From NCBI GenBank assembly GCA_963735615.1, contig CAVTLO010000003.1, positions 132,079 to 196,078 of the forward strand: a stretch of 64,000 bases of DNA. The letters are read 5' to 3'. A program made the position numbers and the translations under genes. Source of the stretch: an uncultured Solirubrobacteraceae bacterium (GTDB lineage Bacteria; Actinomycetota; Thermoleophilia; Solirubrobacterales; Solirubrobacteraceae). The notes under the pieces were generated by a model, which saw nothing but the letters and a program-made list of their open reading frames with translations, did not search any database and was not told where the DNA came from. Positions 10,363-19,955 of this stretch are shown piece after piece; within the stretch, counting starts at the first letter, position 1, and each line of letters begins with the position of its first letter.

Positions 10363-11413
10363 AGCGATCCAGCAACTCCTGCCAGCTCGCCGCATATGCG
10401 TCGAGGCTGTTGTTTTCGAGCACGAACGTGCGCGCGGCCGTGCGCAGCGGTTCGGTTTCGATCTGCTCGAGGCTGCGCAGGCGCTCGACCAGCTGCTCGA
10501 GCACTGGCTCCACGCATAGCTCCTCGTACTCGGGTACGGCCGCGAGCAACGTCGGCATCCAGCCCACGCGCGTTGTGATCAGCGGCACGCCGCAGGCGAG
10601 CGCCTCGAGCACGACGTAGCTGCAGGCCTCGTACAGGCTCGGGAACAGCACGCAGTCGGCGGCGGAGTAGGCGACGGCCAACTGCTCGGGGGGCAGGACG
10701 CCAAGGTTGACGGCGCCCGCGCCCGTGTCGCGGCCCGCAACCACGAGCTCGTAGCCGGCGCGCTCGCAAGCCGCTGGCAGCAGGCGGGCGCCCTTGCCTT
10801 CGTCCATGCGCCCCACGAACAGCGCATAGCGGCCCTCCTTGGCGAGCCCCAGTTGGCGGCGTGCTTGCTCACGCGGCCTCGGTGAGAAGACCGCGGTGTC
10901 GATCCCGTTGGCGATCACCCGCGCATCGCGAACCCGGTAGAAGCGCCGCGCCTCCCGGGCAGCCGAGCTCGACACGCAAACCGTCGCGGTAGTTCCGCGC
11001 CCGGAGAGCGCCTCGGCCGCGGCATGGCCGATCAGGTGGCGGGTGCGTTCGCGCCGTGCGACGGTCTTCCCGACCGCTCGCACGGCGCCGACGGAGGTCC
11101 CGTGGTAGACGTGGATGCGCGGCACGCGAGCGCGTCTGCTGGCGCTATAGCCGGCGCCCATGTAGCCGTTGGTGATGAGCAGGTCCGGGTGCTGCACACC
11201 CAGCGCGCGGGCGGCTGAGCGCGAACGCGCAACGGGACCAAGCGCGAGCCGGAACTGCCAGCGCGTGACCTCGTGGTCTGGCCCGACGATCGTGCTGCGC
11301 CAGCCGCTGCGCTCGAGCACCCCAGCCAACAGCACGCACATTCGCTCGACGCCACCGGCCGCGTTGGACGCGTCCGGTGAGACGAGCACCGCGTGGCGTC
11401 CCCGCCCCGTCAA
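10352..11413 (-). CDS. Glycosyltransferase family 4
   Basis: GGVER, NGIDTAVF, FVGRMDEGKG, FPSLYEACSYVVLEALACGVP; TTG start at 11413 overlaps the upstream TGA. Confidence 0.85.
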   Translation of the reverse strand: MTGRGRHAVLVSPDASNAAGGVERMCVLLAGVLERSGWRSTIVGPDHEVTRWQFRLALGPVARSRSAARALGVQHPDLLITNGYMGAGYSASRRARVPRIHVYHGTSVGAVRAVGKTVARRERTRHLIGHAAAEALSGRGTTATVCVSSSAAREARRFYRVRDARVIANGIDTAVFSPRPREQARRQLGLAKEGRYALFVGRMDEGKGARLLPAACERAGYELVVAGRDTGAGAVNLGVLPPEQLAVAYSAADCVLFPSLYEACSYVVLEALACGVPLITTRVGWMPTLLAAVPEYEELCVEPVLEQLVERLRSLEQIETEPLRTAARTFVLENNSLDAYAASWQELLDRYVG

Positions 11414-12327
11414 CGCCGCGCCGGATCGACGCTGCCCGGCGCCATGCGACGGGTGGCCGCGGCGCGGACTCGCGCGATCCGCACGCGCGTGACACCTGCG
11501 GCGACGGCCCGGGCACGGCGCAGGGCGAAGGCGAGTTGTGCGCTGGCTGGGCCCGCGATGTAGCCCTGATCGTGCAGCCACGCGCCGTGGCGTCGCAGGA
11601 ATCGCCAGTTGTTGCGCACAGCCCACAGCTCGTAGCGCAGTGGCGAGGAGTGGTGCTGGCCGCCATCCCAGGTATCGAGCTGGTAGCAGTAGGTCTCGCC
11701 GGTCAGCACGCAGCGGAACCCCGCTCTTGCGGCCTGGACGAAGAAGTCCGTCTCCTCGCGGTAGCCATTGACTGGAAAGCCGTCGTAGAAGTGGACGCGC
11801 GCGAAGACCTCGCGGCGTACTAGCGCCCGCGCTGGCAGGAACGGCGTCTCCACGGCCTGGGCGGGGAACACGCCCGACTCGTCCATCGTCGGAGGACCAG
11901 GGCGGCGCGGAGCGCGAGCGGCGAGCTCGGCAGCGTCGGCATCTGACCCGGCGATGTGCATGAGGGGCGCACTCACGATGTCCGCACCGAGGCGCTGGCC
12001 TTCGCGGCGGAGCACCGCCGCATAGTTGAGCGGGAAGCGGCAATCGTCCTCGCCGAACAGCACCCACTCGCCGCTGGCTGCCGCGACGCCGGTGTTGCGG
12101 GCGGCTGCGACGCCGCGGTTGTGCGCGTGGCGGATCACGCGCAGGCGCTCGTCGGCGAAGCCTGCGCAGGCATCTGCGGTGTCGTCGCTGGAGCCGTCGT
12201 CGACGACGATCAGCTCCGCGACCGCTTCGATCGCGAGCATCCGGCCGAGGTTCGCGCGCAGCGCTCCGGCGCGGTTATACGTGGGCAGCACCAGGGAGAT
12301 CCGCTCGTCCTCGTTCGTACCCACCAC
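11410..12327 (-). CDS. Glycosyltransferase family 2
   Basis: ISLVLPTYNR, IVVDDGSSD, GVAAARNTG, FGEDD, EETD; start approximate (GTG 12327 or 12324). Confidence 0.88.
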   Translation of the reverse strand: MVGTNEDERISLVLPTYNRAGALRANLGRMLAIEAVAELIVVDDGSSDDTADACAGFADERLRVIRHAHNRGVAAARNTGVAAASGEWVLFGEDDCRFPLNYAAVLRREGQRLGADIVSAPLMHIAGSDADAAELAARAPRRPGPPTMDESGVFPAQAVETPFLPARALVRREVFARVHFYDGFPVNGYREETDFFVQAARAGFRCVLTGETYCYQLDTWDGGQHHSSPLRYELWAVRNNWRFLRRHGAWLHDQGYIAGPASAQLAFALRRARAVAAGVTRVRIARVRAAATRRMAPGSVDPARR

Positions 12328-12400
12328 AGGCAGTCTAGTTTCGGCCCGCATGGAAGCGGACGGCTGGTCGAGGCCGACCCCGCGTCTAGCATCCCGCTCG

Positions 12401-13852
12401 ATGAGCGAGCCTCTGCGAGTCGGCGCACGGCGGATCACGCTCGACGTCGCCGTGCAGCTCGTCGCGCGCGTCGTCAACCTCGTGCTCGGCGTGGTCGTCA
12501 CGCTTGTGCTCGCGCACGCGCTCGGCAGCCACGCGTTCGGCCTGTGGTCGACGCTGTTCGCGATCACGCAGATCACCACCAGCTTTGGCGAACTGGGGCT
12601 GAGCCAGATCGCGATCAGCCGCGCCGCCAGTGAGCCCGATCGCGAGGCCGAGTGGCTTGGCGGCCTGCTGTCGCTGCGGCTGTTGCTAGCGATCCCGATC
12701 ACGATCGCCTCGATCGTCGCGGTCTTCCTGCTGGTCTCCAGCCACGAGGGCAGGCTCGCGGGGACGCTGCTCTCGCTGGTGATGCTGGTCGGCGCGGCGA
12801 GCACGCTCGGCGTGGTGTTCCAGTTGCGCGTGCGCAATCACATCTCGATGGCGATCCTGACGATAAACAGCATCGTGTGGGGCGCCGGTGTAATCGTCGT
12901 GGCGCTCCTCTCCGGCGGCATCGTTGCGTTCGCGGCAGTGTTCCTGGCGACTTCCGCGTTCACCACCACGCTGACCGCGGTGCTCGCCTCGCGCACGGCC
13001 GCGGTGCGCGTGCGCGGGACGCGAACGTTGTGGCGGCCGATGCTGCGCGTGGGTCTCGGGCTGGGTGCTGCGGGGATCCTCGTGACACTGTACGTGCGGC
13101 TCGACCAGATCCTGGTGTTCAAGATCGCCGGTAGCCGTCAGGCCGGCCTGTACGCCGCCGACTATCGCCTGCTCGAAGGGATCCAATTCATCCCCGGCTC
13201 GGTCATGACGACGCTGTTCCCGCTGATCGCCGCCGCCTATCCGGCCCACCGCGAGCGCGTACGCGAGCTGCTGCAGAGCAGCGCCGAGTATCTGACGATG
13301 GCCTCGCTGCCGATCCTCGCGTTCACGGTCGTGGCTGCGCATCCGATTGTGAAGCTGCTGTTCGGTAGCCAGTTCGCCGCGGCTGCCCCGGCGCTCCCAG
13401 TCCTGGCCGGGGCGTTCATCTCGATCTCGTTGGGATACCTGGTCGGCAACATGGTCGTGATCCTCGAGCTGCAACGGGTGTTCCTGCGCTACGCGGCGCT
13501 CGGGCTGATCGTCAACGCGGTGCTCAACGTCGTGTTCATCCCTCGCTACGGATTCCAGGCGGCCGCCTGGATCACGCTGTTGACGGAGGTGACCGTGATG
13601 TCGCTGAGCATGCGCGAGGTGCTGCGTGCGCTGGGTATGCGCCCCCGCGTGCAGCGCTTCGCACGCGTGCTTGCGGCTGCCACGGCGATGGGCGCGCTGG
13701 TGGGACTGGCGCGCGCGGCGGGCGCGCCGCTGGGCGCCCTGGCGGCGATCGCGGCGGTCAGCTATCCGCTCGGCTTGCTGTTGCTGCACGCGCTGACGCG
13801 CGATGAGTTGGTATCGGTGCTGCGCCGCGAACCGCTCGCGAGCGCCGACTGA
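12401..13852 (+). CDS. Wzx-like polysaccharide flippase
   Basis: About 12-14 TM segments; LYVRLDQILV..GSRQAGLYAADYRL flippase pattern; start ATG 12401. Confidence 0.88.
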   Translation: MSEPLRVGARRITLDVAVQLVARVVNLVLGVVVTLVLAHALGSHAFGLWSTLFAITQITTSFGELGLSQIAISRAASEPDREAEWLGGLLSLRLLLAIPITIASIVAVFLLVSSHEGRLAGTLLSLVMLVGAASTLGVVFQLRVRNHISMAILTINSIVWGAGVIVVALLSGGIVAFAAVFLATSAFTTTLTAVLASRTAAVRVRGTRTLWRPMLRVGLGLGAAGILVTLYVRLDQILVFKIAGSRQAGLYAADYRLLEGIQFIPGSVMTTLFPLIAAAYPAHRERVRELLQSSAEYLTMASLPILAFTVVAAHPIVKLLFGSQFAAAAPALPVLAGAFISISLGYLVGNMVVILELQRVFLRYAALGLIVNAVLNVVFIPRYGFQAAAWITLLTEVTVMSLSMREVLRALGMRPRVQRFARVLAAATAMGALVGLARAAGAPLGALAAIAAVSYPLGLLLLHALTRDELVSVLRREPLASAD

Positions 13853-13883
13853 CGTAGCTCAGTGCTCGAGCTGGGAATCGCGC

Positions 13884-15272
13884 TCAGGGCTGCGAATCGG
13901 CATCGAGCGAAAGCGAGTGCACGGTGCCCCACACCATCGCCACGAAGAACACAAGGAATGCGAGGTCGTAGAACAGGTAGTCGTAAAGTCCCTGTGCCAA
14001 CAGTCCGCCGAGCGCAGCCGCGAACGAGGACGCGCGCACGGTATCGATGTCCTGCCCACGGCGGGCAAAGACGCGCACGAGCGGCATCGCGAGCAGCGTT
14101 AGGAAGCCGGCGAGGCCGAGCCAGCCGGCATCGAGTCCGATCTGCACGGGCGTCTCGTGCGCATGGAAGAACGCTTGGTGGATATCGGCGCTGTGCACGT
14201 CGGCGCTGAGGTAGAACGAGAAGTTGCCGTAGCCGAGCCCGAACGGGGAGCCGGCGAGCGCGCGCTCGCCGGCCGCCTGCAACGCGAAGCGCTCCTTGTC
14301 GCCGCCCAGCGTCCCGTTCGACAGCTCGATCCGGTGTTCGATCGTCGCGATCGTCGAGGCGGGGGTGGCGATGTATCCGGCCGCCAGGAAGATTGCGAGG
14401 ATCGCCAGCGCACGCGCGACGAACGGTCCGCGTCGGAGGTTGAGCGTCAGCAGCAGCAGCCAGCCGGCGGCAAGCGCAACGAGCCCACCGCGCGAGGTCG
14501 AGACCGCGATGCCCGTTAGCAGGAACACAAGCGCGAGGCCGTAGGTGCCCACGCGCCCCGCGTTCCTCTGCTCGAGCGCGATCAGGACCTCGCTGGTGGC
14601 CAGCGTGGCAGCCATCGCCACGTAGCCGGCGTACACGGTGTAGTAGGCGAAGAACGAGCTCGGCTCGCCTCCTTCGTGCGGAGCTCCGACGATCGCGTAG
14701 ATACCCGCCCTCTGCAGGAACGCGAACGCCACGACGATCGTCGCCGACCCGGTGAAGATGTCGATCATCCGCCGCGATGCGGTGCGCCTGCGGCGCAGCA
14801 CCGTCAGTGCGGTGCACAGGACCAGGATCGCGGCGAGCCAGTTGACGGCGCCTTCCAGCGCGAGGCTGCGATCGTGGGCGCCGATCGAGGCGATGAAGCT
14901 GCCGAGCACGAGTGCCAGGCCGCCGGCGCCGACCCACGTCGGGATTGCGCTCGCTCTGATCCGCCACGCCATTACTAGCGCGAGCGTGTACAGCAGCACC
15001 TGATCGGAGTTGGTCCCATAGAAGCCAAACTCGAACGGAATCAGCGCGATCAACAGGACCAGGCCGTAGTCGGGCCGCAGCGCGGCGACGACGATCGCAA
15101 CGGCTGCAATCACGATCACGAGCGCCTTCAGCTGGTGCTGGAAGCTGCCCAGCTTGGCTGTCGCAAGACCGAGGGCGGCGGCCAGCACGATCGCCATGAG
15201 CGTCGTCAGTAGCGGCGAGAGGTCCCGCTGCGCGAGCGCCCGGGGCAGGCTGATGCGGGCGCGCGTGGCCAT
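13884..15272 (-). CDS. O-antigen ligase / Wzy polymerase family protein
   Basis: Multi-TM; STSRGGLVAL; PFGLGYGNF; HAHETPVQIGLDAGWLG, a variant of the HN..LQ...E.G motif. Confidence 0.85.
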   Translation of the reverse strand: MATRARISLPRALAQRDLSPLLTTLMAIVLAAALGLATAKLGSFQHQLKALVIVIAAVAIVVAALRPDYGLVLLIALIPFEFGFYGTNSDQVLLYTLALVMAWRIRASAIPTWVGAGGLALVLGSFIASIGAHDRSLALEGAVNWLAAILVLCTALTVLRRRRTASRRMIDIFTGSATIVVAFAFLQRAGIYAIVGAPHEGGEPSSFFAYYTVYAGYVAMAATLATSEVLIALEQRNAGRVGTYGLALVFLLTGIAVSTSRGGLVALAAGWLLLLTLNLRRGPFVARALAILAIFLAAGYIATPASTIATIEHRIELSNGTLGGDKERFALQAAGERALAGSPFGLGYGNFSFYLSADVHSADIHQAFFHAHETPVQIGLDAGWLGLAGFLTLLAMPLVRVFARRGQDIDTVRASSFAAALGGLLAQGLYDYLFYDLAFLVFFVAMVWGTVHSLSLDADSQP

Positions 15273-15440
15273 CGTGCGAGCTTAACGGCGCCCGCGACAG
15301 ACCCGTGCGAGCGCTATCGGGTGGTTGCCCGGGAGCCCGACGGCCCCCGCCAACGTGTCCGCACGCAGCGGCGCAGACCGATCGTGCGGGTACTATCGCC
15401 AGGAGATGGTGCTCCGTCGATTGGCGCGAAGTTAGCTGCG

Positions 15441-16985
15441 ATGCCCGAGCAGGACGTAGATACGCTCGAGACGCCGGGGCTGGTGCACGCCCTGCGCGTG
15501 CTGCGTGAGCGCTGGTGGCTGATCCTGGCATGCGCGCTCGTAGCGCTCGCGGCGGCGATCGTGTACGTGGAGGGCAAGCCTAATCAGTACACGGCGACCT
15601 CCTCGCTGCAGTTCACGACCAACTCGGTCCCCAGCCAGGTGGCGGGCGTCAGCAGCGGCCAGTCGCTGGACCCAGAAGGGGAAAAGAACACCGACGTACA
15701 GCTCGTGACGACGACCCCCGTCGCGGCGGCGGTGATCGAAGTGCTCAAATTGAAGATCTCGCCGAGCGAACTACTCGGTCAGGTCAGCGCGAGCGATCCG
15801 CAGAACGACTACGTCATCGACGTCTCCGTCACCGACGGCAACGCGCAGCTGGCAGCGAGCATCGCCAACGCGTTCGCGCAGCAGTTCGTCGCATACAGCC
15901 AGAAGCAGAGCGAAGAACAGCTGATCAAGGGCCAGAAGCTGATTGCCCAGCGCATCGCCTCGCTGCCCGCGGCAGCAACGACCGACCGCGCCAATCTCGA
16001 AGCTCTATCGCAGAAACTGCTGCTGGCGCAAGCTGTCGCCACGGCGAACGCCAAAGTGGCCAGCACGGCTGCGGTGCCGCAATCGCCGAGCTCGCCGAAC
16101 CGCAAGGCGACGGCGCTCGTCGCGCTGGTCTTCGGGCTCCTGCTAGGCGTAGGGCTCGCGTTCCTGCTCAACCTCGTCAGCACGCGCGTGAGGTCGTGGG
16201 AGGAGTTCGAGAAGCTGTACGGCATCCGGGCGCTCGCCGGCATCCCGGCGGGCGGGCGGGCACGGACGGCGGTGGAGCGCGAGATCGAGCTCGAGCCCTT
16301 CCGCATCTTGTACAGCAGCCTCTCACTGGTCGCCTCAGAGGGCGCCAAGACCGTGCTCGTCACGAGCGCCGTGTCCGGCGAGGGCAAGACCACGGTCGCT
16401 TTGGGGCTGGCGCGCGCGGCCGCTCAGGCTGGGACCGACGTGATCCTGGTCGAGGCTGACCTGCGCCGTCCGACGTTCGCGCAGCGAATGCGCGTAGACG
16501 GCAGAGCCCCCGGTCTGGCCCAGGCGCTATTCGACGGCGAGGACCCGCTCGAGCTGCTGCAGTCGCCATTGTCCGATCTACCTCGGCTGAAGGTGCTCGC
16601 AGCCGGGGAGGTGCCTGCAGGCGCACCGAGCATGCTGCGCCCGTACGAGTTGACGCGGACATTCGAGATGCTGGCATCCGCCGCAGGCATCGTCGTGATC
16701 GACTCGGCCCCGCTGCTGCCCGTCGCCGACACGCGCGTGCTGCTCGACGAGCTGAGCCTCGACAGCGAGCTGATCGTCGCACGCCTAGGCGTCACCACCC
16801 GCGAGGATGTCCGCGGCGCGCGCGCGGTGCTCGATCAACGGGGCCTGAGAAGGAGCGCCGGACTTGTGGTCAACGCGATCCCCGCGCGCACGGGCGGCTA
16901 CTACTCCGGCTACGGCGAGCAGTCGCCTGCCGGCGGGACGAGCCGCGAGGTCTCGCGCTCACCTGCCACGAGCCAGGCACCCTGA
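15441..16985 (+). CDS. Wzc-like polysaccharide co-polymerase / BY tyrosine kinase
   Basis: Wzz-like N-terminus with two TMs; Walker A SAVSGEGKTT; ILVEADLRRP; Walker B VVIDSAP; Tyr tail GGYYSGYG. Confidence 0.9.
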   Translation: MPEQDVDTLETPGLVHALRVLRERWWLILACALVALAAAIVYVEGKPNQYTATSSLQFTTNSVPSQVAGVSSGQSLDPEGEKNTDVQLVTTTPVAAAVIEVLKLKISPSELLGQVSASDPQNDYVIDVSVTDGNAQLAASIANAFAQQFVAYSQKQSEEQLIKGQKLIAQRIASLPAAATTDRANLEALSQKLLLAQAVATANAKVASTAAVPQSPSSPNRKATALVALVFGLLLGVGLAFLLNLVSTRVRSWEEFEKLYGIRALAGIPAGGRARTAVEREIELEPFRILYSSLSLVASEGAKTVLVTSAVSGEGKTTVALGLARAAAQAGTDVILVEADLRRPTFAQRMRVDGRAPGLAQALFDGEDPLELLQSPLSDLPRLKVLAAGEVPAGAPSMLRPYELTRTFEMLASAAGIVVIDSAPLLPVADTRVLLDELSLDSELIVARLGVTTREDVRGARAVLDQRGLRRSAGLVVNAIPARTGGYYSGYGEQSPAGGTSREVSRSPATSQAP

Positions 16986-16988
16986 TCC

Positions 16989-18920
16989 TCACGAGCTCAA
17001 CAGCGCCCGCGCGGCGGCGGTGTAGGCGCCCTTAGGCTGCAGTTCGTGCTGCAGGACGCCGAAGTAGTCCTGCCAGTTAGAGGTCCTGCCGGCGGGCTGC
17101 TGGTCGCGCACCTGGTAGAGGAAGAAGTCACCGAGCCGTTCGCCGAGCAGCTGCTTGATCCAGGCGACGGTGCTCTGCAGCGTGTGTGCCGCTTCTTCGT
17201 AGCTCATGCAGGTGTTCAGGCCTTCATTGAAGTTCACGCAGTCGCCGTTGTCGGTCGAGACGCCCCACTCGGTGATGTCGATCGGGATGTTGGAGGCGCC
17301 GTGTTCGGCCGTCTGCGATACCAGCAGCTCCATGCGTTCGCGGTTGTACTGCTCGCCCCCGTAGGGGTGGATGGTCCAGCCGGAGACGTATCTCGTGAGG
17401 TCGGGCACCGCGGCGTACATGCCGCGCATCCAGTCGCCGGTCTCGTCGTCGTCCTCGGCCAGCAGCCCGACGCCCGTTCCGGTCGCGCTCACCACTTCGC
17501 CCGCTTCGCGCAGGCGCGTGGCGTAGGTCTCGGCGAGCGTCGTGTAGGCGGCTTCACCCGCGTGCGTGTTGTACTGGGCTCCCGAGTCAGTTTCGTTGCC
17601 GAACTCGATCGCCTCGATCGCGAGCGACCCGTCGGAACGACCTGCCCAGAACGTTCCACCGGGGCCGAACGCCCGCGCCCAGCTTGCAAGACCTTGCGCT
17701 TCGGCCGGGCTCGGCATCCGCCCGTAGAATTCGGCGAGCGGCTGCACGCGTATCCCCTTGGAGGCGTAGCCAGCGATGACGGGTTCCATTTCCTGCGTCG
17801 TGGTGGCGATCGAAAAGCCCACGCGCACGAGCTTCGCTCCTAGCAGCACGGCGCCTTGGAGGTCTTCGTTCATGTTGGTGCCCGAGACGAGACCTGGCTG
17901 GAAGTTGCCGGCTTTCGGTTGTGGCTGGGGTTCTGCCCCGGTCCCGGGCGCTTCTGGGGCTGGCTGGCCGCTGGTTTCGGCTGGGTAGGAGATCGCGACT
18001 TCGGGCGACCATGCGCTGCCGTCGACGGCGGTGCGCACGCTGTAGCGAACCGTCGTGCCGGGTACCGTCGGCGGCGTCGTCGTTGTGCCGGCGATCACCG
18101 AATAGGTTTCCGCCCCGCTGGCGAGCTTGCTCACGAGCACGTATGTCTGGACGTCGGCGATCGGCCTCCAGGTGAGCGTGTCGGCGGACAAGGTGATTGT
18201 CGGAGCGGCCTGCGCGTCCCCCGTTTCGGTGCTCGATGGAGCTGTGGGCACGCCCGTTTCGGTGCTCGGCGGGGTCGGCGAGAGGATCGGTGGGCCGGTT
18301 GGCTCAGAGTATGCGATCTGGCGCCAGTCCGACCAGCTCGACCCCTGCTCGGCGGTGCGCACGCGGTAGGCGACGGTGATCCCGGGTACAGGCGGCGGAA
18401 CGGTGGAGGTGCCGCGGATGACGGAGTACTGCGGCGCCTGACCGGGCATCGTGCGCTCGAGCACGAAGATGTTCAGGCGCGGGTTTCGGTTCCACGTGAG
18501 GCGGTCTCCGGCGATGCTGAGCTCTGGTGCTCGACGAGCCGCGCCGGCGTCCGCGGCGTGTGCGCCGCTCGTGCTGCGCGCGATTCGCGAGAGGTGGCGC
18601 TGCGCACGCGAGAGGCGGCTGCCCGACGCCTGGACGGCGCGCCGCGTCGCCCGGCAGCGGGACGGCCTGGGATGCGCGCTCACGCACGTCGCGAGCGCCC
18701 TGGCGTTGAGGACGAGGAGGTGGTCGGCGTGGATCGTGAGCGCCGCTGCGGAGCTGAGCGCCTGTGTGACGCCAAGCTGCTCGCCCTGCGTCCGAGCCGG
18801 GCGGGCGCTCGCGGGTACGACGGCGGTTGCGAAGGTGCCGAGGGCGGCCGATGCGACAATCGCGGCGCACAGCGAAGTGCGCAGCCGCGACGATGTGCGG
18901 TCTCGGCCTATGAGGCTCAT
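16989..18920 (-). CDS. Secreted protein with two ~74-aa beta-rich repeats and a C-terminal clan GH-A-like glycoside hydrolase domain
   Basis: Signal peptide; repeats at 18309-18530 and 17985-18206; IEFGNET (acid/base), WTIHPYG and ITEWG (nucleophile) motifs; SD AAGGAG 9 nt before ATG 18920. Confidence 0.7.
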   Translation of the reverse strand: MSLIGRDRTSSRLRTSLCAAIVASAALGTFATAVVPASARPARTQGEQLGVTQALSSAAALTIHADHLLVLNARALATCVSAHPRPSRCRATRRAVQASGSRLSRAQRHLSRIARSTSGAHAADAGAARRAPELSIAGDRLTWNRNPRLNIFVLERTMPGQAPQYSVIRGTSTVPPPVPGITVAYRVRTAEQGSSWSDWRQIAYSEPTGPPILSPTPPSTETGVPTAPSSTETGDAQAAPTITLSADTLTWRPIADVQTYVLVSKLASGAETYSVIAGTTTTPPTVPGTTVRYSVRTAVDGSAWSPEVAISYPAETSGQPAPEAPGTGAEPQPQPKAGNFQPGLVSGTNMNEDLQGAVLLGAKLVRVGFSIATTTQEMEPVIAGYASKGIRVQPLAEFYGRMPSPAEAQGLASWARAFGPGGTFWAGRSDGSLAIEAIEFGNETDSGAQYNTHAGEAAYTTLAETYATRLREAGEVVSATGTGVGLLAEDDDETGDWMRGMYAAVPDLTRYVSGWTIHPYGGEQYNRERMELLVSQTAEHGASNIPIDITEWGVSTDNGDCVNFNEGLNTCMSYEEAAHTLQSTVAWIKQLLGERLGDFFLYQVRDQQPAGRTSNWQDYFGVLQHELQPKGAYTAAARALLSS

Positions 18921-18931
18921 TCGCGTCGTCT

Positions 18932-19012
18932 CCTTCGGGAGCTGGGCCGTCTCCCACGGAGGGAGACCCCTGGCTTTGCGAACCCGTCTCACGACGGGGT
19001 TGCCTTTTCAGG
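18932..19012 (-). promoter_or_regulatory. c-di-GMP-I (GEMM-I) riboswitch-like aptamer
   Basis: Minus strand: CCTGAAAAGGCAACCCCGTC-GTGA-GACGGGTTCGCAAAGCCAGGGGTCTCCCTCCGTGGGAGACGGCCCAGCTCCCGAAGG. Matches the GGCAA..GNRA..CGCAAAGCC..GGTCT..GAC.GCC..CCG consensus, with G at the position-20 equivalent. Confidence 0.8.
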
Positions 19013-19132
19013 TACGGGCGACTGCGTCTGTACCGCCAGCTAGACGGGGTTCTCGCGGTCGTTAGAAGTGCAAGAGTTATTTCGGCAGCGTGCTGTGGAC
19101 CGCCACCTGCGCCGGCCGCCGTGGACGTATGT

Positions 19133-19843
19133 TCAGGACGCGAGCAGGTCGCGGCGAGCAAACGTGAGCTTGACCTTCGGCCGGCACGCGACCGGCTCGT
19201 AGCCCCGGTCGCGGAGGTGTGCAATCAGCTCGCGTGCGTCGCGGACGGAGCCGTTGTGGTGCAACTGGGTGGCGAACACCTTGACGCCGAGCTCGCGCAG
19301 GTCGATCGTGGGCAGAAGCTCGTACTCCGCTCCCTCGATGTCGAGCTTGAGCAGGTCGATGTGATCGTCGCCGAGCTCGTCCATCAGCGATCGCAGCGTG
19401 CGGCCGGGCAGCTCGACGTAGGCGGCCGATTCGTACAGCCGGGCGGCCGACACCGAGCGGCTGCCTGGATCGTGTGTAACCTGCACGCGCAGCGGCCCGT
19501 CGCTGGTCGCGACGGCGGCCTCGTGGATCGAGAAGCGGGGCTCCTCGCCCGCTTGTGCGGTGGCGGCCTGCACGTAGTCGGCGACCGGGTCGAATGCCCG
19601 CACGGTCGCGTCGTAGCGCTCGATCAGCGCCAGGTCGAAGCTGATGTCGCCGCCAGCGCCGACGCTGTAGCAGAGCCAGGCGGGCTCGATCAGCCCGCTC
19701 GGGATCAGCCAACCGCCATATGGGCTGCCCAGCTCGACCACGTCGGGCGCCTGCGACAGCGGCGTTCGTTCGAGCCGATGCTCGAACCAGCGCCGGCGCA
19801 AGGCGTTGCGGATCTTCTGCGGGCGGAGCTTGTTGAGGTTCAT
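19133..19843 (-). CDS. FkbM family methyltransferase
   Basis: YSVGAGGDISFD, RAFDPV, IDLLKLDIEGAEYELL. Confidence 0.88.
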   Translation of the reverse strand: MNLNKLRPQKIRNALRRRWFEHRLERTPLSQAPDVVELGSPYGGWLIPSGLIEPAWLCYSVGAGGDISFDLALIERYDATVRAFDPVADYVQAATAQAGEEPRFSIHEAAVATSDGPLRVQVTHDPGSRSVSAARLYESAAYVELPGRTLRSLMDELGDDHIDLLKLDIEGAEYELLPTIDLRELGVKVFATQLHHNGSVRDARELIAHLRDRGYEPVACRPKVKLTFARRDLLAS

Positions 19844-19955
19844 GGTCTCGTTGGGCGCATGCGCTGATCGCGGACAGCAAGCGTCACCGGCAGCTCGTCG
19901 GTGGAGCGCTCACTTCAGCGGCGGCTCGTCGCTGGAGCACTGTAGCTGGGGCGCC

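Noticed and set aside
10352-12837. Extended ORFs 10352..12067 and 11410..12837 as fusion proteins
   Set aside because: The extensions are off-frame or antisense read-through of neighbouring genes; recognisable domains start at ~11413 and ~12327.
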